Positions 37,101-48,894 of a stretch of 64,000 bases of DNA are shown piece after piece. The DNA is taken from NCBI RefSeq assembly GCF_902459465.1, contig NC_047067.1, positions 19,592,001 to 19,656,000 of the forward strand, in the 5' to 3' direction. The stretch's first letter is position 1. Each line of letters begins with the position of its first letter. The notes below the pieces were generated by a model. The model worked only from the letters and a program-made list of their open reading frames with translations. It ran no database searches and was not told the DNA's origin. This stretch comes from Asterias rubens. Lineage: Eukaryota. Made by a program: the position numbers and the translations under genes.

Positions 37101-38441
37101 ATGGGACTGCACATTTTATCTCAAGTGGAACACCCTGATGCTAAAGAACACCAAGAAAGATCAGGAAACGTTGAGATTTACAAGAATCTACAATCTGTTC
37201 TTGCAAACAGACACAAGGGGGTTTACATAGAGAATGCCACAACTTCCATTCCGACAACACAATCTTTGGGTAAATCTTTGAAAGAATTGCACTTAACTCA
37301 CAGCGAAGATTATGCTGATAAATGTAGCTCTAGTAATGTTACCAACACATCATCAGATTCCGACAGCACCCCAGAAAGCAGACCAACCTTACCACAGACT
37401 AACAACAACCACAATAAAAGTAAACAGTTTATTTCATTAAAATTCTACAAAAAGGATGCTGGACTATCACTAGATGTCCTAAATGAGGAAATGAGACCAT
37501 CTGCTTCATTGAATACCAGCCAAAAAGGTACAACTCCAGTGTCACATCCAAGCGTCAGGAAGAGGGGTAGGCCACCATCAGCATTCAGCCACCAAACTTT
37601 CCGAAGAAGCACCACACCACCAGCACAACCGAAAGTCAGCAAGAGGCTTAGAACACCGGCGACCCCATTGACAACCAACTACAATGACACCACTCCTTCG
37701 TCACAACCGAAAGTCAGTAAAAGAGGCAGGCCGCTAGCACCTCCAGTGAATAGGAACCAAAATTACACTACACGATCGTCACAGCCCAATGTCAGTAAGA
37801 ATCGTAGGACACCAGCAACCCTATTGAACCCAAACCAAAAGGGCAGCACACCATTGCCACAATCGAACGTCCGTAAGAGGGGTAGGCCACCAACTATTAA
37901 TCTAAACACCAACCGAAAGGGCACAACGCCATCACCACAATTAAACGACCATCAGAAGCGCAGAACACAAGCTGTGCAATCAAACACCAGCCAAAAGGGG
38001 GTGTTGCCATCGCCACAATCGACTGTAAGTCGAAGGAGAAACTCGCCAGAAATCCCATCAAAAGTCATCAAAATGTCTGTAGTAGACCTTAATATAAAAC
38101 AGGCAAAGCGATCATACAGTAGGAGAAATAGGAATTCGACCTCGCCAGCAGCGCAATCTTCTTTGAAGAAAACAGATAACTCAAAACTCAAGTCTCACGG
38201 CAAACAGACGAGTAGCCCGTCAATGGCCCCAAGGAGTGTCTTCAATAAGGACACCACGATATCCTCTCTGTCAGATGTCCATCGAGGGGGTTCGTCAACA
38301 TCGTACGTTAACCGAGAGAACAGGCTGATTCAACTGAAGAGACTCATGAAGCAGAAGGAGCAGGATATCGAAGACATGAAGAAGCTACGACAACTTGAAG
38401 TAAGGCAAAAACTTTCCGACCCTGACCTTTGTGATCTTTAA
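34142..38441 (+). CDS. Large, mostly disordered nuclear protein with 3 AT-hooks and an LRIF1-like C-terminal coiled coil (4.3-kb terminal exon)
   Basis: 4.3-kb open frame after a strong polypyrimidine acceptor. KRGRP x3. The C-terminus RENRLIQLKRLMKQKEQDIEDMKK resembles the remembered human LRIF1 RDEKIRRLKQVLREKEAALEEMRK. CDS is confident; orthology is uncertain. Confidence 0.85.
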
Positions 38442-41400
38442 GGTAAAAACACACATACATTCTGCAACTATCAAATGCATGACATATCAGAGTATTTTAA
38501 ACAAGCAAATCATTTCCCAAAAAGACAAAAACATGCATTAATGTGATTCTCCAGCTTTCCAGAAGAAGACCAAATGAGAGCTTGTGCTATGTCAGGGATT
38601 TAGTGATCTTCATTACTTGTTGATTTTTAATTTGAACATTAGGAAAAAGATAAGTGTGGCTATTTTTCTCCCTGGCATGTCAGTTTTGGGACAGAAACTT
38701 TTTTGAGGGTAAATTAAAGGAGACTTTCAATGTGGTATCTTAGCGAGACAACTCAATTCTGCACTGGTTAAAAAAAAGTAGGTTAAAAAAAAAAAAAAAG
38801 CAAATCAAGTGTTCACAGGTTGTGTATGGTTCTTTTTATGAAAAGTATGTAGATTTTTAAGGGAATCAGCTGTAAAAACTTCAAATCTCATTATGCATTC
38901 AATTATTTTGGGGACTGATTTGCTTCAACAGTGTGAAGGTAACGAAATTGTGAACTTTGACAGGTCCAAGTGGTCAAATATGCGCTTGCCTTTGGCGCAA
39001 TATTACAAGAGCAGACTTTGATAGCGTAAAGCCCAGTTCTTACTTTATGCTACTGCAAATGCGAATGGACGTCACAAATAAATTTGATTAGACAATGAAA
39101 TAGTGAAACCTGGTTCCCCTCGCTGTAATATTTCAGTATTATTTTATTCCCTCAAATTAATATTTTTAGGGAAATAAAATTACATTTCATGTGATCTACA
39201 TGGTATTTCGAGGCAATGAAATAATAAGCTTTTTAGGGGTTTCTTATGACCACAACTTTCACTCTTAAAGAGTAATAATTTAGTGCACCACAAAGCTGAG
39301 TTTGACCTTTGAGACCCTTTTTAACCTCAAAATGTAATTGACACCTTTAAAAGCTAAGCCTGAGTGACTGAACCAAATGTTCACACGAGATATTTACGTT
39401 ACTTTAATTCAAATCAACTATGGGCTCAGTTATGGCACAAATCACTTTGAGCTTTTCAACTTATAGATCCCTGAAATTTGACTCTGTTTTTATACAAGAT
39501 ACCTTATTGTGTTAATATGTTTTATTATTCAGATTGTGTATATTTATATACATGCAGTCCTAATGTTATCGGTTACTTATTATCTCTTATTATATCTCAA
39601 CTTTAACACCTCAATACCTTCGGTTTTTTTTGCTGTGATAGATTCGTGACTGAACAATTTCATTTCCTTGCAATCTCAAAATGATATTGTATTATATATA
39701 CACACCGGCCTTTACAACCTGCCAGATGAACTTTGACCTTGCATACCACATTACATTAGTGTGTCTGTTGTACATGTATCACTGTGGTAATGGGTCAATA
39801 GTCAATAATCTAGCCAATGAAACTAGTGGGTGTGTCAGCCCAGTGCCTGTCATTATCCTTGAGGCAGGGGACCAGTCTAACTGCATTGTCTCACACTGGT
39901 TGACTTCAGGACATCATTGAGTGGCAGTGGACATTCCAGGTCAATGTAAATTTTCAATGTTTAAATGCTTTTAATTTCCGTGATTAACGGATTCACCAAA
40001 GACTTTCACTATCTAGTGTTTCCTTAATTCCAAACGGTCTCCCCACAAATGAATCGAAATTGAAACAAAGCTGCACAAAATTAATGCATTTCCAACATTA
40101 TTGTACAGCGCGGACACATTGTTGATTAAAGCAAATATTTAAAAGGAATGTAAATTTGTTCCTCTGTACATAAGTTAAGTTTTCTGTAATTTTAAACATT
40201 CAAGTTTTTAAAGACGATAATGTATTCATGCTTATACATTTAAATCTCAATAGCTGAAGGTCAGTTTTCGGCGTTTTTTTTAAAGATACTTCATGTGTAC
40301 AATTAAATATTCTTATTGTATGGCAACACTTTTTTCCATCTATTGTATTTTACAAATATTTTAATATTTTATTATGTGCATTCTAGGTGAAGCTTTATAT
40401 AAATGTAGTTCCTAAGTTATAGTTGGTTTACATTTTTACATGGTTATTTCATTCTAATGTGCTGGGGTTCATAATAAATCTATTTCGAGAACATGGACTT
40501 TCTTTTTACTTTTGCACTTTTTCGTATTCTCTAACAATTATAGATTATGGTGAATAGAAAAAAAACTCATTTTGATTTAGATCAAGGTAATAAAACTCAT
40601 AGATTTCACGACAGCTCTACCTCTGATTGGTTTCAATGGAATTGTAATCAAAAATTCAAAATGACAAATGAACAATGTACCCCATATGGGTTTTTTTTGT
40701 TTAACCTGAAGCTCACAAGGGAACATTGTAGAAAATGGAATTAAACAAGAACTATGGCATGACCGCTGCCCTGATAAATGCATTGTGTTTTGTTTTCGAA
40801 ACAATTTCAAACTAGATTCACGAACATGAGGCAAAATGAGCTTTTGAGATGTTATGTTTTTTTATTTGACATTATTTTCAATTAACCTCTGGCAGCAGAG
40901 TATACTTTTACGTTTTTGGTGCCTTTTTCAGAAATTGGCAGTACTGAGTTTTAATAAGTCTGTATTTCGTCTTTTGAAACGGTGTGTCTCAACTTTTCAG
41001 GTTCAATAAACTCGATTGTCTTTTATTTAGAAGGTACTTTATGTCAACGTTGCTTTATGTGATCAGAAATTTAATAAACTAAAACGTTAGTTTTTCACCT
41101 AGATCAAACTGGTTGATTGGTGTAGATTGTTACGGTGTTTAAATGTTTCCCGAAAATCAATCGTTGTTCATCTTGACATAATTCCGGGTCATGACCCGGA
41201 ATAGGGTCAGACGCTCGGGTCCCGGAACTGGGTCAATTTTGACCCTGAAGTTTTTTAGTGATATTCTTAAACAAACAATAGCCAGGACGACCCACGCTCA
41301 GATGGTCGGATAAAGAGAAGGTTGGCTTTCCATCGTGCGAACCACGAAGCTTTGGTTATGATGCGATCAACGATCAGTAGAGATTGTTAGGAATGATTTA

Positions 41401-41635
41401 ACATCATTTGAGATATGCAAAATGGATTCTGAAGGCTATAGAGTTAGGATGACATTGTAAGATGCCCTGACTTCTGGAGTTGCTTAAATACAGTTGCACT
41501 TTCCTCGAAGCATCGGTTTTTATTCGATGAAAAAAAGCCCAACGTATAGCATTTGCAGTGATATAAATTCAGAAGGTTGAGGAGTGATTTGATATCATTT
41601 TAGAGTTGTATAATTGGATTATGACGGCAACAGAG

Positions 41636-42961
41636 TTAGGATTGAAGATGCAGACTGGTGGAGTTGCTTACAGTTGCACATTCAACGCATTTTGTGTTAC
41701 ACGTCGGGGATGTTGAGGTAACTTTGTGCATTGAGAATCCCTTGTTATGACGTGGTTGTGACGGGGTGCCATTGCCATGTCGTCTCGTCTTGAGATACCA
41801 TCGCCTTCGGGCGGACTTACGACCTGTGAATGCATCTCGGAACGCCTGTCGGTAGACCGAACTGGTCGCGTTGTAGATGTACGGGTTTAAGGTGGAATTT
41901 AAGTATAACATAATCTGCGCAATATGCACGAACACCTCAAAGTTTACCACTTCTCCGGTGAGGTCCAGTATACCAACTGAAAGACAGAGCAGTTGAAACG
42001 GTGCAAGGCATATAAAGAAGGCTACCCCATTTGCGATAAGCATTATAGAGACTTGGTTCCGTACCCGGGTGTTCTTCGACATGACCTCTTTGGAGAGCGA
42101 GTCGTCACGTGATCGTTGTTTCAGTCTCCGAATGATTTGTGTGTAGGCAAAACCGTTGAAGAGAAAAGTGCAGACGAACGGTATGGTTTGAAAAAAGTTT
42201 GAAAAGTTACCGAGCCATAAGTTTCCAGGAATGCCAGCGCATACTCCAATGACATCTGGAAAGTCTGAAAAGGTTCCAATTTCAACAGGCCAGACGATGC
42301 AATAATAGTACATGTTGTAGTGGGCAGGTATCATTGCAGCCGAAAGGACAACACCTACAGACCAGGCACTGATGATAAGTTTCTTTGTACGGGGGAAGGA
42401 GTGCAGTAAGATGTGTTTGAGTGGATAACAGACTGCGTAATACTTCTCCATAGAGACCAGTGTTATGATGAAGATAGACGTCCAGTTCGAGACATGTTGC
42501 AGGAAGTACACGAGTGAGCAGCCAGGAAGCCCCATGTACGCCTGATCACCAGGAATCGGACTTAAAAGGTATTGGAGTAGTCTGTTCCCAATGCTCAGAA
42601 GGAGAAATGAGATATCAGCCACAGCGAGGTTGGTCAGATACATGTTGGTGACAGTTCGCATGGAACGAACTCTCGTCACCACGAACAAGAAGGCGAGATT
42701 ACCGAGCAGCCCTATCGCGAGAATGAGTGGCATGACAACGATCCTCATCGCCAGGGTGGTTTTGTTGTAGAGGAAATTAGAAGCTCCAGAAGGATCTTGA
42801 GAATAGTTGAGAGTGTTACTCGCATCGCAGACTTGTTTGTTCTCCATGGTGTGTTCCAACCCAGTGCTTTGTTGAATGTGGGCTGCTGAGCTCTCTACAG
42901 ATACTCTCATGCACAATAAGTTACCGCTCCGACAAAATGACCGCAGCAGTCTGTTAATCAT
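41636..42961 (-). CDS. Intronless rhodopsin-class GPCR, peptide-receptor-like (TRH/ghrelin/NMU-receptor-like orphan)
   Basis: GN in TM1, MRTVTNMYLTNLAVAD in TM2, EKY at the DRY position, TM4 W, CLAP in TM6, NPYIY in TM7, N-terminal N-glycosylation sequons. The start may be Met39 at 42847. Confidence 0.92.
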   Translation of the reverse strand: MINRLLRSFCRSGNLLCMRVSVESSAAHIQQSTGLEHTMENKQVCDASNTLNYSQDPSGASNFLYNKTTLAMRIVVMPLILAIGLLGNLAFLFVVTRVRSMRTVTNMYLTNLAVADISFLLLSIGNRLLQYLLSPIPGDQAYMGLPGCSLVYFLQHVSNWTSIFIITLVSMEKYYAVCYPLKHILLHSFPRTKKLIISAWSVGVVLSAAMIPAHYNMYYYCIVWPVEIGTFSDFPDVIGVCAGIPGNLWLGNFSNFFQTIPFVCTFLFNGFAYTQIIRRLKQRSRDDSLSKEVMSKNTRVRNQVSIMLIANGVAFFICLAPFQLLCLSVGILDLTGEVVNFEVFVHIAQIMLYLNSTLNPYIYNATSSVYRQAFRDAFTGRKSARRRWYLKTRRHGNGTPSQPRHNKGFSMHKVTSTSPTCNTKCVECATVSNSTSLHLQS

Positions 42962-45900
42962 TAACGCATTATTAAAAAATAAATAAAAAATAAAAAAGTT
43001 TAAGAATCATCAAGTTTTCGTCACAGGGGAGATATACAAAATGTCAAGGATACTCGAGCAGTTCTGCTGATGCACTGTGGTATGAGGACTATTGTTGATG
43101 AATCAAAGATCATTTTTAATTTCATGGCAGTTCTATATGCACAGACGCGACCTTTTTGTTCTGAGGCAATATTGCAAAGTGGTTGCAGTAATTATTAACT
43201 GTATAAGAGTTGAATTAAGAATTTCTTTGCTGAGACGTGAAGTGAAAGTACTAAATAAAGAAAAACAATGTTTGCACATCAGTGAGCGGCGGTAAAGCGG
43301 TCAGGAAAGGAATTTCAACTCAACAAAAAAATAATTAATTTGTTCTGCAATCGTTTGTTAAATACAATGGGTTTGGCTAACTACTCACAGGCAAAGTGGA
43401 TGGACGTTAATGGGGGAAAAGGGAAGTACAAGAAAATGTTTTCGACGGAAATGTGAGCAATTTATAACCGTTTGGTTCATGTTATCATTTTGAATAAAAG
43501 TGCGGTGAGACTTGACTTGTGTTACCATGGCTTGCGATGACAGTTGACTCATGTTGCGGGGTAAAAATTTTAGTCTATATCAAACAATGAGACTTCTGAT
43601 GGAAATGCATGAATGTGACAATAACTTCATTTTTTTTACCACACAGATGTGCATTAATACTCTCTTGATGAGTCATGTGGGGAAAAATCCGTGCTTGACC
43701 ACCCTGTTTAGCAGGGGAGAAAATGAGTTTTTGCTTAGTAAACAACAAGTGGAGCACCAGCCACAACAATGTAAACTTAATGTGGTGCATGTTGGCTGGT
43801 AACCTGTTCCAGCTAAACACTTTTCATAATTCTGTGCTTAGCACGTTTGTGTCCTTCCAGGCTTTATGAAGTTGGGCCCTTGCCATCTACGAACCACACT
43901 GGGCCTCGACAACCAAGTGTACATTATTAACAAGGTGCAATATTTGTATTCTGTGTGAAATTTGATTACTTCTGTTAGTAGTTTACATCTAAATCGGGGC
44001 ACGTCCAAGCCTTCGACTCGTTATGTGGTCAGGATGAACAATACGTCTTGAGTGGTGTACATGTTTACACTGTCTCATGGCGCCTTCATGTGGGGCCTAT
44101 TGAACCAACACAATACTTGAATTGTGTTTTTTTGTATCTTTCTCGGCAGTATTGGGTTTTTTTAAAGGAGTACTGTAAGCCTATACTGTGTTTAGGCTGG
44201 TTTCCTGTCTGTATCCGCAAGACTTCCTTTTAAGACCCATGTATTTTCATTGGATAACATGTTTTCATTGGATAACGGTGCTGGACGTAAGCTTTCCATT
44301 CCTTTATTTTTATGTGACAATAATATTGGCAGCTGCAATTTCTCCATGTAAAATTAATGTAGGTGAAAGGTGATTATGGACGGGAATTGACCTTTATTAG
44401 ACTCGAGGCTACTCTCTGGCGTTATTCTATTCACGAGCCTCGAACTGTGACGTCAGATGTTCAGGCTAACTGAAAATCAACACACTGAACGATGTATCCT
44501 CGACAGAGGGCGGCTGCCTTAGTAGAAAAATTAATGTTGAAAAATTAATGAATCATAACATACTCCGGTAAATTAAGATTCTCAATGAGGTTTTAGCAGA
44601 TGTCTTGTTCCGAGCAAACTGATTGAAGAGGTGCTATTTGAACTTCGTGAAAAAGGATTGGACAGTGCCCACACGTTATACTTGTTGGATTATAGTCTTA
44701 ATTTGTCTAACAGCCGAGAGAGGGCGTTGTGTTTCCACTTACAGGAGTGTCTTGGAATGAAAACCTGAGTGAGGACTGGATAAAGAGTTATTGTTATCAA
44801 GCATGTTGAATGCAATTAAACGGAATATGGTATCGATTTCCATTGTTTGCGTGTTCGGGGCTTGTGCACACAACAAACAGTGGTTAAAATAATTAAGTTA
44901 GTGCTGCACTTATACACTCTTAACAAACTGCATTCTGCTCAATAATTAAAAGTAGAATGTCTGGTACCCATTTATTTACATAACAATAATTTGAAGAATC
45001 GTTGTGAAAAAGAAAAGTTTTACATTGGGGATGAAGAATACAATTTGTTTTAAGCTAAACACATGCACACTGATGTGTTTAACACTGGGATGCTCGTTGC
45101 AACAACCCCACTATAGGTTGTATATGGCTACTCTTTTGGCATGAGGGTTAGAAACTTATCTTGGCATCAAATTACCCTCAATAACTCATTTCTCTGCTGA
45201 ACGAGCTCTGCGTCTAATGAATTCCGTTATTGCTAAGATCTTTTAATGTATAGTTGAGCGGAATGCATTACTTCTAACTCAAGAGTAAACACTATCGTTC
45301 ACGCTGGCCCTTCCCATCTCTGCTCTGATGCACGTGCACCGTAGTAATAAATTGCTTTCATTCTAACAAAAGTTGTCTTCTTGTCGTTGCCGCAAATAGT
45401 GAAGCTACCTACCACGAGTAGTTTTGGCGCAAAACATCAAAAAGGAAACATAAACTTAGACTCAATGTCCACATGAGGTAGAAATTGTGTCAATAACGTT
45501 TCTCAGAGTGAAACAAAAATGCCCCCCCCCCCCACTTCAAGACGTGCTGTTGACTGAGCCGAGGATATTTAAACATATTATCTTTTAAAATTCGACCGTT
45601 GCAGATTGTCCATATCACGTGGCAACTGCTACCTTTTCTATTTCGAATGATTTCGAGACTTTGGCAATGTAGTCTCTTGATCTGATCGTGACGGCGTCAA
45701 TCAAAACCCGTTTGACAAAAACTAAAATGCCCTTTAATGGTTCTGAGCTAACCAGGCCTACAATCGAATCCCTTAAGAAAACTGCTAATTCACAATGACT
45801 ATTAGAACGAGTATTGTCGTCTAGTTAATACTAGATCACAATTTCTTAATTTGTGCAGTTCATAATCAAAAATACTTTAAAACATGTCTGTGTAAGAGAG

Positions 45901-46069
45901 GTTGGATGTGCCAGCTTCCCCCTGTGGGAGTTAGTGGAGTTCCCTTGATGGGATGATCGTCCAAACAATTAAACAAATTATGATGACATAATGTCCGTAG
46001 TTTAGTACTCCATACAGAATGTTTTCACAGGTTTAATGATGCGAGTCAAGAGGCCCGATAAGGCATCTA

Positions 46070-46620
46070 ATGCGTGGTCTAGGTTTTTAGAGAGTGGGGA
46101 GATTTTCATTCTGCAGCCCTAGAACATGCATCAAGATATGGTCGAGAGTGACGACGTTTCCATTCTGCAGTCTTGCTGGAGAGGGTAGCCTACACAGAAT
46201 ACTTGGTTTATGTTTTGGAAGGCATCCAGATACGTGGTCTAACTAGGTTTTCAGGTTGTGACGAAGTTTCCATTCTGCAGTCTTGCTGGAGAGGGTAGCC
46301 TACACAGAATACTTGGTTTATGTTTTGGAAGGCATCCAGATACGTGGTCTAACTAGGTTTTCAGGTTGTGACGAAGTTTCCATTCTGCAGTCTTGCTATG
46401 TAGAAGGTACCCAGATACCTGGTACCAGGTAGCGACAACGATTCCACTCTGCAACCTTGTAGAGAAAGTACATAGATACGTGGTCTATGTTTTGCGATGT
46501 TGATTGAGTCTCCATTTGCAGATAGTACCTACATACGGTCTAGGTTTTCTGGTAGTGACGAAGATTCCATTCTGCAGCCTCACTAGAGAAGGTACCCAGA
46601 TACGTTGTCTCCTGAAGTGG
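46070..46620. repeat. Degenerate tandem copies of the terminal coding segment of the FAMeT-like gene, including a near-perfect 110-bp duplication
   Basis: 46151-46260 and 46261-46370 differ at one base. The motifs ccattctgcag and ccagatacgtggtct recur about 6 times and match 46540-46610. Confidence 0.85.
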
Positions 46621-46817
46621 GGATTGATCGAAGTACTCTGTCGTACTCTGACCCAACCCAACTTGAATGACGGCAGAAGAAGTGCCATACCGATAGTAGA
46701 GCCAGAAATGTCGACCGTCTGCTGCAGAGCCAGGAATTACCTCCGATGCCACATCGGTGTAGACACCGGGTTCTCGGTGCAGCAGCTTCGCAACAGATAG
46801 TCTGTCTCCTTTGAATT
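46540..46817 (-). CDS. Secreted FAMeT-like (Methyltransf_FA) domain protein, last exon
   Basis: Acceptor cattgggtAG, phase 1. HFWLYY..IQVGLG..DQSP..YLG..W matches the remembered FW/VG/DP/YG/W pattern of PF12248. Confidence 0.7.
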
Positions 46818-47411
46818 CTACCCAATGAAAGGGGAAAACCATAATTAACATTCTATATCGTTGTGCTAACCAGCTGGTGAAACAAAGGATTCGAACACTT
46901 CCGACACTGCTCCAGAATTAAGGGTCGTGGGTTCGAACCCCACCCGAGTAATATTTGTTTTTTCTCAGGACTCGTGAGAGTAGAGTATACGGTGCCTGTA
47001 CACACAACGGTGTAAGAGTAAAGCCAAAATTAAGTCTTTATCCCCGATGCAAATTCAACATCTATTATAATGATTCATAATATTTGGATAAGTTTCTTCC
47101 CAGTACTGTTCTTTTTTTGTCCCTCTGAAAAGAAAGATCAAGATAATCGTAATCGTCGACACCCCCCCCCAAAAAAAAAAAAAAAAACAGGGCTGCTAAA
47201 CATTCCTGGTTAGTTCTGTCAAACTATAGGCTATGATGAGACGAAATGAAAATAGTCGTTCATACTAACTTCTGTGCGCATGCCCTACGTACGTCACTAA
47301 ACAACCAATAGTTAACCATTTTTATCCTTGTGTGCGAACTTGACCACTACTTCTTCGTCAATGTACTAAACTAGTTTAAATAATGGTCAGACATGTTATG
47401 TTGTGCCTTAC

Positions 47412-47567
47412 CTATTTTGTAGGGTGGGGGAGATGATAGATCCTCAGTAGTCAGGTAAATGCGAAATTTTGAGGCTGTCACGTCAATGTAGACAAGAAGG
47501 GCAGAGTTGAATGAATCAAAAGGGTACATGATCTTCCCACTTGCGGTTGTATTGTAGAGAGAAGATT
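47412..47567 (-). CDS. FAMeT-like protein, internal exon (SSLYNTT...PPPYKI)
   Basis: Acceptor ttttaacgacAG, donor ATAG|GTAAGG. 156 nt, phase 1-1. Confidence 0.7.
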
Positions 47568-47889
47568 CTGTCGTTAAAAGAGAATCATTGATAAGTGTTT
47601 TTGATACAATGGAGTTATTAAAAGTAATATTGAGAAGTCTTAAATACAGCTTCAATGAATAATATAAACTCTGTTATGTTACAGGTAACGTTTTCTCTTG
47701 TGTGTCTTGGGTGTTTTTTTTTTTTGGGGGGGGGGGGTTGGTTGGGGGAGGTTGACAAAATTTGAAAACAAAATCTTTAAAAAGAAATACTTCCGAGCCA
47801 TGAATCAACTCATGCCATTAACCATAAAAACATATCAATTGGTGTTTATTCTTCAAGAGAGTAATGAGTAAACAATGTTGATAGCATTT

Positions 47890-48237
47890 GGAAAGGTTTG
47901 CGGTAACACCATGTAATGAATCTCTAATGAGTTGGGGTGGTTCTGAAAAGAACCGTTGGTCTAACTCGACGTTTCGATCAGTACGCTCTGATCGTCTTCT
48001 GAAGAAAGCTGGACTCTGATGCTGCATGCTGGTTAAGTACTGTGGGGCGGATTAGCTTGGTGATGCACGAAGGCTGGAAATAGAGGCGGGAAGTTGAGCT
48101 CGATGATGCGTTGTGAAACCGGCTCTGGGGTGATCAGAACATACTGATCGAAACGTCGAGTTAAACCAACGGTTCTTTTCAGAACCGCCCCAACTCATTA
48201 GAGATAGTCATTACATGGTGTTTCCGCAAACCTTTCC
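47890..48237. mobile_element. Penelope-like pLTR inverted repeat with minimal hammerhead-like motifs
   Basis: Arms 47890-47993 and 48132-48237 (about 105 bp) are reverse complements. Each has GATCAG-n6-CTGATC-GAAAC-GTC. Confidence 0.7.
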
Positions 48238-48666
48238 ATGTCGTATCTCCACCATACATGCAAAGTTTCAAATCCTACTCAATGTTGATAAAATGCTAAA
48301 CTTACAACAACAAAATCGTTATAATAAAACGTGAGCGATACAATGCGATGACGACTGTGAATATAGATTTTTTTTCTAACAATAATTTAATTACAAAAAG
48401 GAAAAGCTTTTCGTTGTTGACGAATGCAGCGCGTGAGCCACGGGAACTATGTGAATTAAATAATTGTTGCTACGAGTGGAGTCGAGTTTTCTCACGGGCA
48501 TTTCTAATTATTGACGTAGAGCCAATCTAATTAGCCCTAAAAACACAAGCGACGTGATTAACTACAGCGGCGCTAAGTAAACATTCCTTGACTGATGCTG
48601 ATGCAGATGGAATGAATGCGAAGGAGAGAAAGCATAAATGGGGCTATTAATCACAATCAATTATAC

Positions 48667-48894
48667 CTTTAACGCAACCCATGGCATCTCGAATGTCGTC
48701 CGGGCGTTTCCTTAGCAGCGAGGCATCGAAGGATCGGATGATAGGTTCGGTGGCTCGTTTTGACGGCACCGTGTTGATCCCACCGAGCCGGAACTGTGCG
48801 CATAGGCACGGGTTGTCGGACAGAACCCAATGATATTTGTCCGAGTTGACCAGATGGTTTGGCTCTTGGGAAAAGTAGCATGTGTGTGCGACCA
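48667..48894 (-). CDS. FAMeT-like protein, Cys-containing N-terminal exon (VAHTCYF...MGCVK)
   Basis: Acceptor ttttatttccAG, donor AAAG|GTATAA. 228 nt, phase 1-1. Only one frame is open. Confidence 0.7.
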
